This document shows, piece by piece, positions 7,904-16,164 of a stretch of 22,906 nt of DNA (positions are counted from its first letter, which is position 1; the number at the start of each line of letters is the position of its first letter). Origin of the DNA: Opitutales bacterium (GTDB taxonomy: Bacteria > Verrucomicrobiota > Verrucomicrobiia > Opitutales > JABSRG01); assembly GCA_049599475.1 (NCBI GenBank), contig JBMYOQ010000068.1, positions 1-22,906 of the forward strand. Reading direction: 5' to 3'. A program made the position numbers and the translations under genes. The notes under the pieces are model-generated. The model worked only from the letters and a program-made list of their open reading frames with translations, was not told the origin of the DNA and did not search any database.

Positions 7904-7927
7904 GTTCTGCGGATAATTGGGCAGAAC
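7904..7927. promoter_or_regulatory. Inverted repeat, possible upstream activator site
   Basis: GTTCTGC-N10-GCAGAAC, a perfect 7-bp IR about 90-115 bp upstream of the -24 element, a typical distance for enhancer-binding-protein sites. Confidence 0.3.
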
Positions 7928-8048
7928 TGCTCGTCCTGTGGATTCTCATGTATCCGCAATCCCACTCATACAAAGATGCCAGCGGTGGCTTTTCCGAGCC
8001 CGCGTTCTACGCGGCTCTAACGATACGTAGGTGTGGCTTCGACGCTAT

Positions 8049-8492
8049 CTAGGCGGTCGCTAGCTGTTTCTTGAAATGCTCAGCTAAGCCAGGGTGCGCT
8101 AGGGCGTCGGCTAAAGTGTAGGCCCGGAGCGTTTTGATGAAGGCGTTGCGTGCCTGGGCTAGAATGCCTTTCAGCGCACAGCAGTTGTTCAGATTGCAGG
8201 TATTGGTCTTAGAATCGAAACACTCGACGATGTTGAAGTGAGGTTCGGTTTGGAGAACCAGGGTGCCCACATTAATTTCTTCTGGGGTTTTCTTCATTTT
8301 GATTCCGCCGTTTTTACCTCGGATCGTCTCAATGTAGCCCAACTCGCTGAGGCGATTGACAATCTTTGCTATGTGGTGGCGGGAGACTCCGTAATACTCC
8401 GCGACCATATCTATGGATGCGAGTTTTTCGGGTTCACGGCCCAAATAAATGAGCAGGCGAAGGGAGTAGTCTGTGAAGGCAGTCAGTTCCAC
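8049..8492 (-). CDS. nsrR: Rrf2-family Fe-S transcriptional regulator, NsrR-type (NO-sensing repressor)
   Basis: GTG start. MELTAFTDYSLRLLIYL, SRHHIAKIV..L...GYIETIRGKNGGI, and ECFDSKTNTCNLNNCCALK (C-x7-C-x5-C, as in Bacillus-type NsrR). Adjacent to a globin. Confidence 0.85.
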   Translation of the reverse strand: MELTAFTDYSLRLLIYLGREPEKLASIDMVAEYYGVSRHHIAKIVNRLSELGYIETIRGKNGGIKMKKTPEEINVGTLVLQTEPHFNIVECFDSKTNTCNLNNCCALKGILAQARNAFIKTLRAYTLADALAHPGLAEHFKKQLATA

Positions 8493-8523
8493 GGGAGAAT
8501 GGAGAATAGCAGAGAAAACTTTG

Positions 8524-8557
8524 ATTATATCAATAAGAAGTATTCATCAAGCACCTT
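8524..8557 (-). promoter_or_regulatory. nsrR promoter: extended -10 (TGnTATAAT) with an adjacent NsrR-like operator (autoregulation)
   Basis: The minus strand reads AAGGTGCTTGATGAATACTTCTT (8557-8535; imperfect 11-1-11 palindrome resembling AAGATGYATTTNAAATRCATCTT), followed by AT-TGA-TATAAT (TATAAT = 8529-8524), 31 nt before the GTG. Confidence 0.65.
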
Positions 8558-8581
8558 TATTCCGGGAATGTTTCAGGAAAC

Positions 8582-9373
8582 CTATCCGCACACGGTTTCA
8601 ACGGCCGCTATGGTGGCTGCCACTTGAGCGCTGATCCGGCTCTCTATATAGCCTGAACTGGGGGTCTCGTGAGTGTAGGAGCGGCGTGCAAAGTCTTTGA
8701 ATAAATAGGCCGCTTCGGGGAGGTCGGGGCGACTTTGGTGGATGTCCGGATAGACTTCTAGGGGAAGAATTACGCCGTTTTGCGCAGGCATTCCGTCGAT
8801 TTCTTCGCCCGCTTCGACTTCCATGAACTCGCTGGTGCGCGCTAAGACGTGTCTACATATTTCGGGGGCCATGGGGGTGTCGTCCACGCAGTAGAGGTAA
8901 AAGCCCTTGGACTCGTAGTCTTCGTGCAGGCAGATTGCGAGGTCCCAATAAGGGCGTTCACCCTCGAGGCCCTCGATGTAGCGCGTGTGGCACCGGACTT
9001 CGTATGTGTCGCGGTTTTTGTAGTCGCGGTTGAGGTCGACACCGTCTGCGTTTTCGCGCGTGCCGAGCTCGAGGCCACTGGGATTGAGGGCGGGAAAAAT
9101 GGTCCACTCCACATCGTGTCGGTAGAGTTTCTCAGTGGCCAAACGGGTGAGGGCGAGGGGCGGCGCTGGCTCGTCTCCGTGGACACCTGCGGAAAGGAAC
9201 ACACGGGCCTTGGGCTCTATCGACTCCTTTGTCTCCGGATCGAAAGCTTTGCGGGTATAAACAAGGATGGGGTGATCGCCAATGTGTCCGAGAGTTTGTT
9301 CTTCGAAGCGTAGGCGGGGCATAATTTCTCTGAGGCGGTCTACGAAGCGCTTAAATTGGAATTTTGAAGACAT
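8582..9373 (-). CDS. M14-family zinc metallocarboxypeptidase / succinylglutamate desuccinylase-like (MpaA-like) protein
   Basis: SAGVHGDEPA (HxxE), LNPSG...TRENADGVDLNR, ICLHED and a C-terminal ETPS. Start placed at ATG 9373 rather than the ORF-track start at 9433. Confidence 0.85.
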   Translation of the reverse strand: MSSKFQFKRFVDRLREIMPRLRFEEQTLGHIGDHPILVYTRKAFDPETKESIEPKARVFLSAGVHGDEPAPPLALTRLATEKLYRHDVEWTIFPALNPSGLELGTRENADGVDLNRDYKNRDTYEVRCHTRYIEGLEGERPYWDLAICLHEDYESKGFYLYCVDDTPMAPEICRHVLARTSEFMEVEAGEEIDGMPAQNGVILPLEVYPDIHQSRPDLPEAAYLFKDFARRSYTHETPSSGYIESRISAQVAATIAAVETVCG

Positions 9374-9493
9374 AGAGCGTGTGGATTGTGATAAAGCTCT
9401 TGAGTTTGAAGAAGCGGACGCCTTGATAGGCAAGCTTTCCTAATCGGCTGTTTTGGCTGAGAGCTTTTAAACCCAATAGATCTTCTTCATCTT

Positions 9494-10870
9494 ATGTCCA
9501 ACGTCAGAGTTCGTTTTGCGCCGAGTCCCACCGGTTTTTTCCATATTGGAAGTGCGCGCACCGCTTTGTTCAACTGGCTGTATGCACGTCATACAGGAGG
9601 CACTTTCGTGCTTCGTATTGAAGACACAGATAAGGAACGAAATACCGACGAGGCCCTACGCGTTTTGATCGATGGCATGCGTTGGCTGGGGCTGAATTGG
9701 GACGAGGGGCCAGAGGTCGGAGGTGAGCATGGACCGTATTTTCAAAGTCAGCGCACGGAGCTATATCGTGAGTGGGTCCAGAAGCTCTTGGATAAAGGGC
9801 GTGCCTACGAGAAAGAGGGTGCGATTTGGTTCAAACTCGAAGGAGAGCGCTACACGGCTTACGATGATTACCTGAAGAAGGATATGGAAAAGGTGAAGGC
9901 AGCACCTGTCGTCATCGATGACCAAGTCCGCGGTCGTGTCGAGCGGGCGGAAGATCGCGATTTTGTGATATTCCGTGCGAACGGTGAGCCTGTTTTCCAC
10001 TTCGTAAATGTCGTGGACGATATAACGATGGGAATCACCCACGTGATCCGTGGGGAGGACCACCTTTCCAATACCAGCAAGCATGTCGAGCTCTTCCGCG
10101 CATTCGACGTGGAGCCGCCTGTGTTCGCTCACATTCCATTGATCCTAAAAGAATCAGGTCCTGGAAAAATGAGTAAACGCGACCAAGGTGCGCTGATCGA
10201 GGAATACCAAAACCTCCAATTCTTGCCGGAAGCGGTTCGTAATTACCTGTGTCTTCTCGGTTGGTCGCCCAAGGATGATCGTGAGATCTTACCGATTGAT
10301 GAGATTATCGAGCTCTTCGATTTACCCGCGATCAACAAGACCAATGCGCGCTTTGACGCGAAGAAAATGGGCCACTTCAATACGGAGTACCTGCGTGAAA
10401 TGCCGGTGGAGACTTTGGCCTGGATTGCAACCCCTAAGCTCGTAGAGGCAGGCTTGATCGGCAGTGAATTTCCCGAGGATACCCTCCAGAAGATTCTTAA
10501 GCTGTGCCAGGAGAAAATACGCTCGCTACACGAGCTTGCAGACTTCGCACGATACTTTTTCAAGGACGACTATTCTACGGTCGAAAAAGCCTTAAACAAG
10601 GTGCTCAAGAAGGGCGACCCTTCCGCTCGTTTGAAGGAAGTCGCTTCGGCTTTCGAGGCGCTGGAAACATTTGATGCGGAATCCATCGAGTCCGCGATCC
10701 AAGGGTGTGCTGAGGCCTCTGGGAACGGTCCTGGAGCGTATATGCCCTTATTGCGTGTCGCTGTTTCAGGAACGAATGTAGGCCCTAGTTTCTATCCGAT
10801 GTTAGCGCTTCTTGGAAAATCTGTGGTACTCGCCCGCATTGAGCGCTTTGTCGAAGCGCAAGGCCTATAG
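9494..10870 (+). CDS. gltX: Glutamate--tRNA ligase
   Basis: [16 protein letters not shown] (HIGH), [34 protein letters not shown], and the anticodon-domain LRVAVSG...GP. Confidence 0.97.
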   Translation: MSNVRVRFAPSPTGFFHIGSARTALFNWLYARHTGGTFVLRIEDTDKERNTDEALRVLIDGMRWLGLNWDEGPEVGGEHGPYFQSQRTELYREWVQKLLDKGRAYEKEGAIWFKLEGERYTAYDDYLKKDMEKVKAAPVVIDDQVRGRVERAEDRDFVIFRANGEPVFHFVNVVDDITMGITHVIRGEDHLSNTSKHVELFRAFDVEPPVFAHIPLILKESGPGKMSKRDQGALIEEYQNLQFLPEAVRNYLCLLGWSPKDDREILPIDEIIELFDLPAINKTNARFDAKKMGHFNTEYLREMPVETLAWIATPKLVEAGLIGSEFPEDTLQKILKLCQEKIRSLHELADFARYFFKDDYSTVEKALNKVLKKGDPSARLKEVASAFEALETFDAESIESAIQGCAEASGNGPGAYMPLLRVAVSGTNVGPSFYPMLALLGKSVVLARIERFVEAQGL

Positions 10871-11025
10871 TTTCTGATTTAAGCAGTTGTATAACTGGGC
10901 GTTAGAATAACTACCCCAACGGGCAAGAAAAGACTATGTGAAACTAAACGTTTTACCAGTTGTTTTCCCTGCTACACCCAATTCAGTATTTCTGAACGAA
11001 TACCCTCTATTCTCTGCTCCTGAAA

Positions 11026-11706
11026 ATGATCCGATTATCATCCCTTCCTGTCTCTGTCGGTCTGATATTCTTGACCTGTGCACAGCTTCTAAGCGCGATT
11101 GAAATACGCCTAGCGACTGAAAACCCAGGCAACGAAAAAAAGACCCAATTTCTTTTTTCAAAACTGGGTTCTGATGATCCAGAGATTCGCGGAGGCCCGA
11201 TATTGGCGCCTGTCGTTTCGAGTGCGATACGGGGCGTAGACGGTGAAATTTTGATTACATGGAAAGCATCGGCGAAGACATCCGAGCAGAACCCGGAAAC
11301 ATGGGTTTTTGGCGACGTGAACGGATTCATCGACACGCGAGACAAAGGCTGGGGGGTGCGGTCTCCGAAAGAGAAAATGGGAGACCTGCAGCTATTCGAG
11401 GAAGAAGCCTTTCTCATCGAGTTTGATCTCTCTGAGGCGAAGATTGAACCAGGGCGTAAGTTGGTATTTCGCCTGGGGGTTTCCGGGGAAAGTCCAGAGA
11501 GTTTTAAGGTATATTATCGTAAATCGGAAAACTCTGGCGAGCTTGTGGAATCATTCATCTACAAGGAGGGCCAGAGCCCCGTTACCGATCCTATTTACAT
11601 CGAAGGCTCAAAAGCCGAATTCGCTATTACTGAAGCGGGTTTTAAAGGGGGGAGTCTACTCAGACTGTATTCATTCTTCCTCGATACGATACCGGTGTCC
11701 AACTAG
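11026..11706 (+). CDS. Secreted hypothetical protein (paralogue 1 of a tandem pair)
   Basis: Signal peptide ending ...AQLLSA. Colinear similarity to 11963-12649 (AIEI.LA, RGGP, W.FG, RD.GWG, EFD.S, PG..L.F.L.V, EFA). Confidence 0.75.
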   Translation: MIRLSSLPVSVGLIFLTCAQLLSAIEIRLATENPGNEKKTQFLFSKLGSDDPEIRGGPILAPVVSSAIRGVDGEILITWKASAKTSEQNPETWVFGDVNGFIDTRDKGWGVRSPKEKMGDLQLFEEEAFLIEFDLSEAKIEPGRKLVFRLGVSGESPESFKVYYRKSENSGELVESFIYKEGQSPVTDPIYIEGSKAEFAITEAGFKGGSLLRLYSFFLDTIPVSN

Positions 11707-11962
11707 GAGCCTGTTTGTTAACAGCAGTGGTTCTCCGCGGACCGCGATCAACCCAGGTATTGTTTCTCGTAAGAGATTTTCGGCTCAGATTTGGTAATGC
11801 AAACGATCCCGGGTGAGCCGCAGCAGTGAAGCCTTGGTTAGGCCCTCGATCGGCTCACTGAAACTACGCGCTGCCTACCCATACGCCTGGGTGAATACTG
11901 GATACTCGGCGGTGCATTTCCTCTCGATTCTAGAGTCAGTAAGAAGCTAGGGTTATGTTGAA

Positions 11963-12649
11963 ATGCGATTACCCTGTTTACCCCTCTCGATCGTTCTTCA
12001 ATGTGTTTTGCTGAGCTCTGCAGGTGCTGCGATAGAGATCAAACTGGCACGAGGTGAGATCGATGCACCCGAAACGGAATTCTATTTTGGTGACTTGGAT
12101 TATAGTGAGGCCGACGTGCGAGGCGGTCCGATGTATGCCGAAGTAGCCGAAAGCGTCTTAAAGAGAGTGAAGGGTAGCTTCAAAATGAAGTGGATTGCTA
12201 AGGGAAACTATGAAAACGTCGACCCCTCCGCATGGGATTTTGGTAATAACCAGGCGACCCTTATCTCGCGGGATATCGGCTGGGGAATTCAGACTGAGAA
12301 TGAAGGCGAAATGAGGCCTAGAATTCGGCCCCAGGAAACCCTTTTGTTCGAATTTGATTTTTCAAAACTCGTGATCGTGCCGGGGTATTTACTCACTTTC
12401 CAGCTCGTCGTGGACTCCGACTTGGATAATCACTTCAAGTTGTTTCAAAGAGTAGGAGCGAAAGAAGGCGTGGAGGCCAAAATCCTGAAATCGGGAAAGC
12501 ACAACCCGAAATCGGTTGGCCCTGTTGCCATTACTCGAGGTCGGCCTGAGTTTGCTTTCGGCAGGCATCGGGAGGGCCGAGGAAAGGCCTTTATCGTCGA
12601 CTCGTTCGTGATCGATGTCGTTCCCGAATCAGTATTTGAAGCAAAATAA
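11963..12649 (+). CDS. Secreted hypothetical protein (paralogue 2 of a tandem pair)
   Basis: Signal peptide ending ...SSAGA. Same motif order as 11026-11706 and near-identical length (228 vs 226 aa). Confidence 0.75.
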   Translation: MRLPCLPLSIVLQCVLLSSAGAAIEIKLARGEIDAPETEFYFGDLDYSEADVRGGPMYAEVAESVLKRVKGSFKMKWIAKGNYENVDPSAWDFGNNQATLISRDIGWGIQTENEGEMRPRIRPQETLLFEFDFSKLVIVPGYLLTFQLVVDSDLDNHFKLFQRVGAKEGVEAKILKSGKHNPKSVGPVAITRGRPEFAFGRHREGRGKAFIVDSFVIDVVPESVFEAK

Positions 12650-12671
12650 ATGACGGCTCCGTGCCCGCTTA

Positions 12672-13769
12672 TCACCCCTGTTTTTTAGGAATGCGCACGT
12701 GGAATTCTGTTCCTTTCAATTGAGAACTCTTAAAATCAATTGTGCCTTTGTGGGCCTCTACGAAGGCTTTTACGACAGCCATTCCCAGTCCCGTCCCGTT
12801 GCGCTTACCGTGGGTAACAAAGGGCTCGAACAGGGTGTTCTGAATCTCAGGTGGTATCCCTGGGCCGTTGTCCGCAATAGTGAATAGGACATATTTTCCG
12901 TCGTCTTCAACGGAGATGTCAATGCGGCCATATTCCGTCTTTTCGAGAACCTCATAGGCATTTGAAAGTAGATTTTGAAAGACGCGCATCAGGCGGTTGT
13001 GGTCACCGTGAAAATGCAAGGCTTCGACCTTTCCAATGACGACTTCCACCTTGTCGCTTTCAAAGTAGGTGGGAAAATTACGGGGTAGGGCATCGATGAA
13101 TTCCACCGTGTGGTAGAGCTGAGTCTTCAGCCGCGTATCACCCCGGACATATGCCAAAATATCCTCCGCCATATCCTCAATGCGGTTGATCTGGCCTTTC
13201 ATCGATTCGCAGACTTCTTGTGATTTGCTATCGGTTGTTTTGTAGCCCAAGAGGTCAACGCCCAGTGAAATGCAGCTCAGGGGATTGCGGAAGTCGTGGA
13301 TGAGCGAGCTCATCATTTGGCCGATGAGGGTCATCTTTTGCTTCTTGATGAGCTCCGCGACATAATGGTCTGTGGTCTCATGGAGGTGCCCCACTAAGCC
13401 ATCCAGGACGCAGCGCAGTGGCAGTTGATTCGCATCGATAAGCTCATCGATTGTGGCTTTCGGTATGTGCAAAAGGTCTGTCTTTTCGGATGCCGTGGCG
13501 CTGAGGGATCGTGGCTCTCCGCTGAAGATTCCGAGCTCGCCGAAATGTTCTCCCGCGCTCGCGCGGCTTACGATCTGGCGCTTCCCGTCGGCAAGTTGTT
13601 TACGAAACTCAACTTCGCCTTCCATGATGACATAGATGCCATCGTAAGGGGTATTTTCCGGAAATATCTCTTCATTACTCTGGAAAGTCCGTCGGTCAGC
13701 ACTGCCCATGATATGCTTACGCGTATCCTTTGAGCAGCTGTTCAAGAATGAGGACGTTTCTGTTTTCAT
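12672..13769 (-). CDS. Cytoplasmic sensor histidine kinase with an N-terminal cyclic-nucleotide-binding (cNMP/CAP_ED) domain
   Basis: IYVIMEGEV, GEHFGELG..SGEPRSLSATA (cNMP). H-box LIHDFRNPL, N-box FQNLLSNA, DNGPGIP, LFEPFVT, GTGLGM. No TM segments. Start placed at ATG 13769. Confidence 0.92.
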   Translation of the reverse strand: MKTETSSFLNSCSKDTRKHIMGSADRRTFQSNEEIFPENTPYDGIYVIMEGEVEFRKQLADGKRQIVSRASAGEHFGELGIFSGEPRSLSATASEKTDLLHIPKATIDELIDANQLPLRCVLDGLVGHLHETTDHYVAELIKKQKMTLIGQMMSSLIHDFRNPLSCISLGVDLLGYKTTDSKSQEVCESMKGQINRIEDMAEDILAYVRGDTRLKTQLYHTVEFIDALPRNFPTYFESDKVEVVIGKVEALHFHGDHNRLMRVFQNLLSNAYEVLEKTEYGRIDISVEDDGKYVLFTIADNGPGIPPEIQNTLFEPFVTHGKRNGTGLGMAVVKAFVEAHKGTIDFKSSQLKGTEFHVRIPKKQG

Positions 13770-13858
13770 ACAACAGAAGTCGGGCGAACGTGGGCAAAAA
13801 TAAAGCCCGGAACCAAAGGTCCCGAGCTTCATTAAAAATTAACTGCTATCTGCGCGAA

Positions 13859-14449
13859 TTAAGCGTTGCTGGACAGGTAAGATTTTACCCCTTCAGCAGT
13901 GGGAGCCATGGCTTCCTCGCCGGCTTTCCAGTTTGCAGGGCAGACTTCGCCGTTTGCCTCGAAGTATTGGAGAGCGTCTACCATACGGAGGAGCTCATCC
14001 ACGGAACGTCCGAGTGGAAGGTTGTTGACCACTTGGTGCTGAACGATGCCGTCCTTGTCGATGAGGAAGGTGCCACGCATGGCTACACCTGCTTCGTGCT
14101 CGATGCCATAAGCGCGGCAGATCTCGTGCTTTACATCCGCAACCATAGGGAATTTTACAGGGCCAATGCCTCCCTCTTCGATAGGCGTGTTGCGCCACGC
14201 AAAGTGAGAGAATTGAGAGTCAATAGATACTCCCACGACTTCTACGCCTTTGGCTTCAAACTCAGCCATCTTCTTGTCGTGCGCGATGATTTCAGTCGGG
14301 CAGACGAAGGTGAAGTCGAGAGGCCAGAAGAAGAGGGCTACATGTTTTCCGCGGAGGTCAGAGAGCTTGAAAGACTCGTTGATCACGCCATTTCCCATGA
14401 CGGCTGCTGCGGTAAAATCGGGTGCTGTTTTGTTTACAAGTACGCTCAT
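13859..14449 (-). CDS. ahpC: Typical 2-Cys peroxiredoxin (AhpC/Tsa family)
   Basis: FWPLDFTFVCPTE (peroxidatic Cys), RGTFLID, GRSVDE, GEVCPANW (resolving Cys). Confidence 0.95.
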   Translation of the reverse strand: MSVLVNKTAPDFTAAAVMGNGVINESFKLSDLRGKHVALFFWPLDFTFVCPTEIIAHDKKMAEFEAKGVEVVGVSIDSQFSHFAWRNTPIEEGGIGPVKFPMVADVKHEICRAYGIEHEAGVAMRGTFLIDKDGIVQHQVVNNLPLGRSVDELLRMVDALQYFEANGEVCPANWKAGEEAMAPTAEGVKSYLSSNA

Positions 14450-14612
14450 AATTGGATTTGTTAAAGAGTTGTGAACCTGTCATATTTTTCAACAGGTTCA
14501 AGCGGGAACTCTTCTTTAATCTTTCCCGCCTATCATTTTTTTCTGTGCGGAAATGGCGGCGAATATAGCTCATCCGCCATCCCCACAAAGGGCCTAGATC
14601 TAAGACTTGGCC

Positions 14613-16097
14613 CTATTTCACGCGGATCGCCAGATAGCCATATCGTCCGTTTGCCTGCATGTAGAAACGGTTCACGCCTGGTTTGATAAGCGACATCGCG
14701 TCGTCGAGAGATTCAGGGGCTTTTCCGTTGATCTCGATGACGATCATTCCTGCGGCGAGCTGTCGAGAGTAGGGCGAAGTCGCGTCGACTTCTCGGATTA
14801 AGACTCCCTGCACATCTTCCTCGAGTCCGAACTCTTCACGCAGTTCGTCATCGACAAATGCAGCCTCAACACCGTCGAGGAATTCCATAGTGGTTTCGCT
14901 TGCCTGAGCGAATGTACCGAGGTCTCCGAGAGTTACTTTGAGCTCCAAGGTCTCTTCCTCGCGGATTACCGTGAGCATGACTTCGGTGCCTGGAAGTTTG
15001 CTGGCGATGCGTGAGCGTAGCTCGTCGGGACCAAGGATCTCGGTGTCGTTAACCTGGGTAACGATATCGCCGCGCTCGATGCCTGCTTCGTCGGCAGGGG
15101 AGTCTGGCTGAACAGACGCAATGAGCGCGCCTTTAAAGGTGACGGCTCCGAAGGACTCCGCGAGATCAGGGGTAAGCTCTTCGAGACTGACTCCGAGGAA
15201 ACCGCGGCGAATTTCGCCTTCGTTTACCAAAGAGAGTGCAATGTTGCGAGCCAGGGTTGAGGGAATCGCGAAGCCGATACCAATGTTGCCCCCGGAGCGT
15301 GAGAGAATAGCCGTGTTGATACCCACCAAGCGTCCTTTTGCATCGACCAGGGCGCCCCCAGAGTTCCCTGGGTTGATCGAAGCATCGGTTTGGATGAAGT
15401 TTTCGTAGGAGCGTTCTCCAATAATGCCGAGCTCGGCACGGCCTGTGGCAGATACGATGCCCTGAGTTACCGTGAGGCCCACGCCGAGCGGGTTTCCGAT
15501 CGCGAATACGATGTCGCCGACCTGCAAGTTGTCGCTACTTGCTATTGGAAGTGTCGGGAGGTCTTCGCCTTCAATTTTTAATACGGCTACGTCGGTGTCA
15601 CGGTCCTTACCGATCACTTCTGCCTCATACTCGCGACCATCTTTGAGGCGAACGAGGATTTCATCGGCATCGCGGTCGCCCTCCACAGAGATTACGTGGT
15701 GGTTGGTCAAAATTAGGCCCGAGCCGTCGATCACGACTCCTGAGCCCACGCCGCTCGGCATCTTGCGTTCTTCGGGCTCTTGTTGAGATCCCTCGGGTGC
15801 GGGCAAGCCGTAAAAGCGCCGCAGGAATTCTTCCATAGGATTCCGTCCACGGGGGGACCTACGAATAATTTGAGATGTATGGACGGAGACTACAGCCTCG
15901 GTCGCCGGTGCTAGAACCGGAGCGTAGCTAAGGCGCATGTCCAACGCGTCGCGAGGAATGTCGGTCTCGTCGATCGGTATCTCTACAGGAGCATCAGTCG
16001 AATCCTCAGGCTCAGGCTGAGCGTGGCAAGCGACGGTGATTAGCGCTGCTCCGGAAATCCAAAAAATGTCACGAATGTTCTTAATCATATTACTCAT
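14613..16097 (-). CDS. htrA: DegP/DegQ (HtrA) serine endoprotease with two PDZ domains, probable lipoprotein
   Basis: GSGVVI, LTNHHV, DTDVAVLKI, AIGNPLG, IQTDASINPGNSGG; PDZ RGFLGV; lipobox-like LITVA|C. Confidence 0.93.
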   Translation of the reverse strand: MSNMIKNIRDIFWISGAALITVACHAQPEPEDSTDAPVEIPIDETDIPRDALDMRLSYAPVLAPATEAVVSVHTSQIIRRSPRGRNPMEEFLRRFYGLPAPEGSQQEPEERKMPSGVGSGVVIDGSGLILTNHHVISVEGDRDADEILVRLKDGREYEAEVIGKDRDTDVAVLKIEGEDLPTLPIASSDNLQVGDIVFAIGNPLGVGLTVTQGIVSATGRAELGIIGERSYENFIQTDASINPGNSGGALVDAKGRLVGINTAILSRSGGNIGIGFAIPSTLARNIALSLVNEGEIRRGFLGVSLEELTPDLAESFGAVTFKGALIASVQPDSPADEAGIERGDIVTQVNDTEILGPDELRSRIASKLPGTEVMLTVIREEETLELKVTLGDLGTFAQASETTMEFLDGVEAAFVDDELREEFGLEEDVQGVLIREVDATSPYSRQLAAGMIVIEINGKAPESLDDAMSLIKPGVNRFYMQANGRYGYLAIRVK

Positions 16098-16164
16098 ATG
16101 GGTTTCTAAATATATCGAATGGAGACTTCCTAAGGTCTTGCAAGTTCCACTCGGTGAAAGGCTG

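Noticed and set aside
7996..8017. Hairpin GAGCCCGCG-TTCTA-CGCGGCTC downstream of nsrR as a terminator
   Set aside because: No U-tract follows on the minus strand and the stem is bulged, so it cannot be supported as an intrinsic terminator.
8049..8492. IscR or CymR rather than NsrR
   Set aside because: The N-terminus (LT.FTDYSLR.LIYL), Cys spacing, globin neighbourhood and operator shape fit NsrR. No isc/suf or cysteine genes are adjacent.
13730..14464. 244-aa plus-strand ORF and the other ORFs antisense to or nested in assigned genes (e.g. 4685-5170, 8849-9313, 17127-17558, 19511-19927)
   Set aside because: They are shadow ORFs overlapping well-supported genes and have no recognisable motifs.
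14553..14580. ATGGCGG/CCGCCAT inverted repeat between htrA and ahpC as a terminator
   Set aside because: 7-bp stem with a long loop and only a very short U run; too weak to call.
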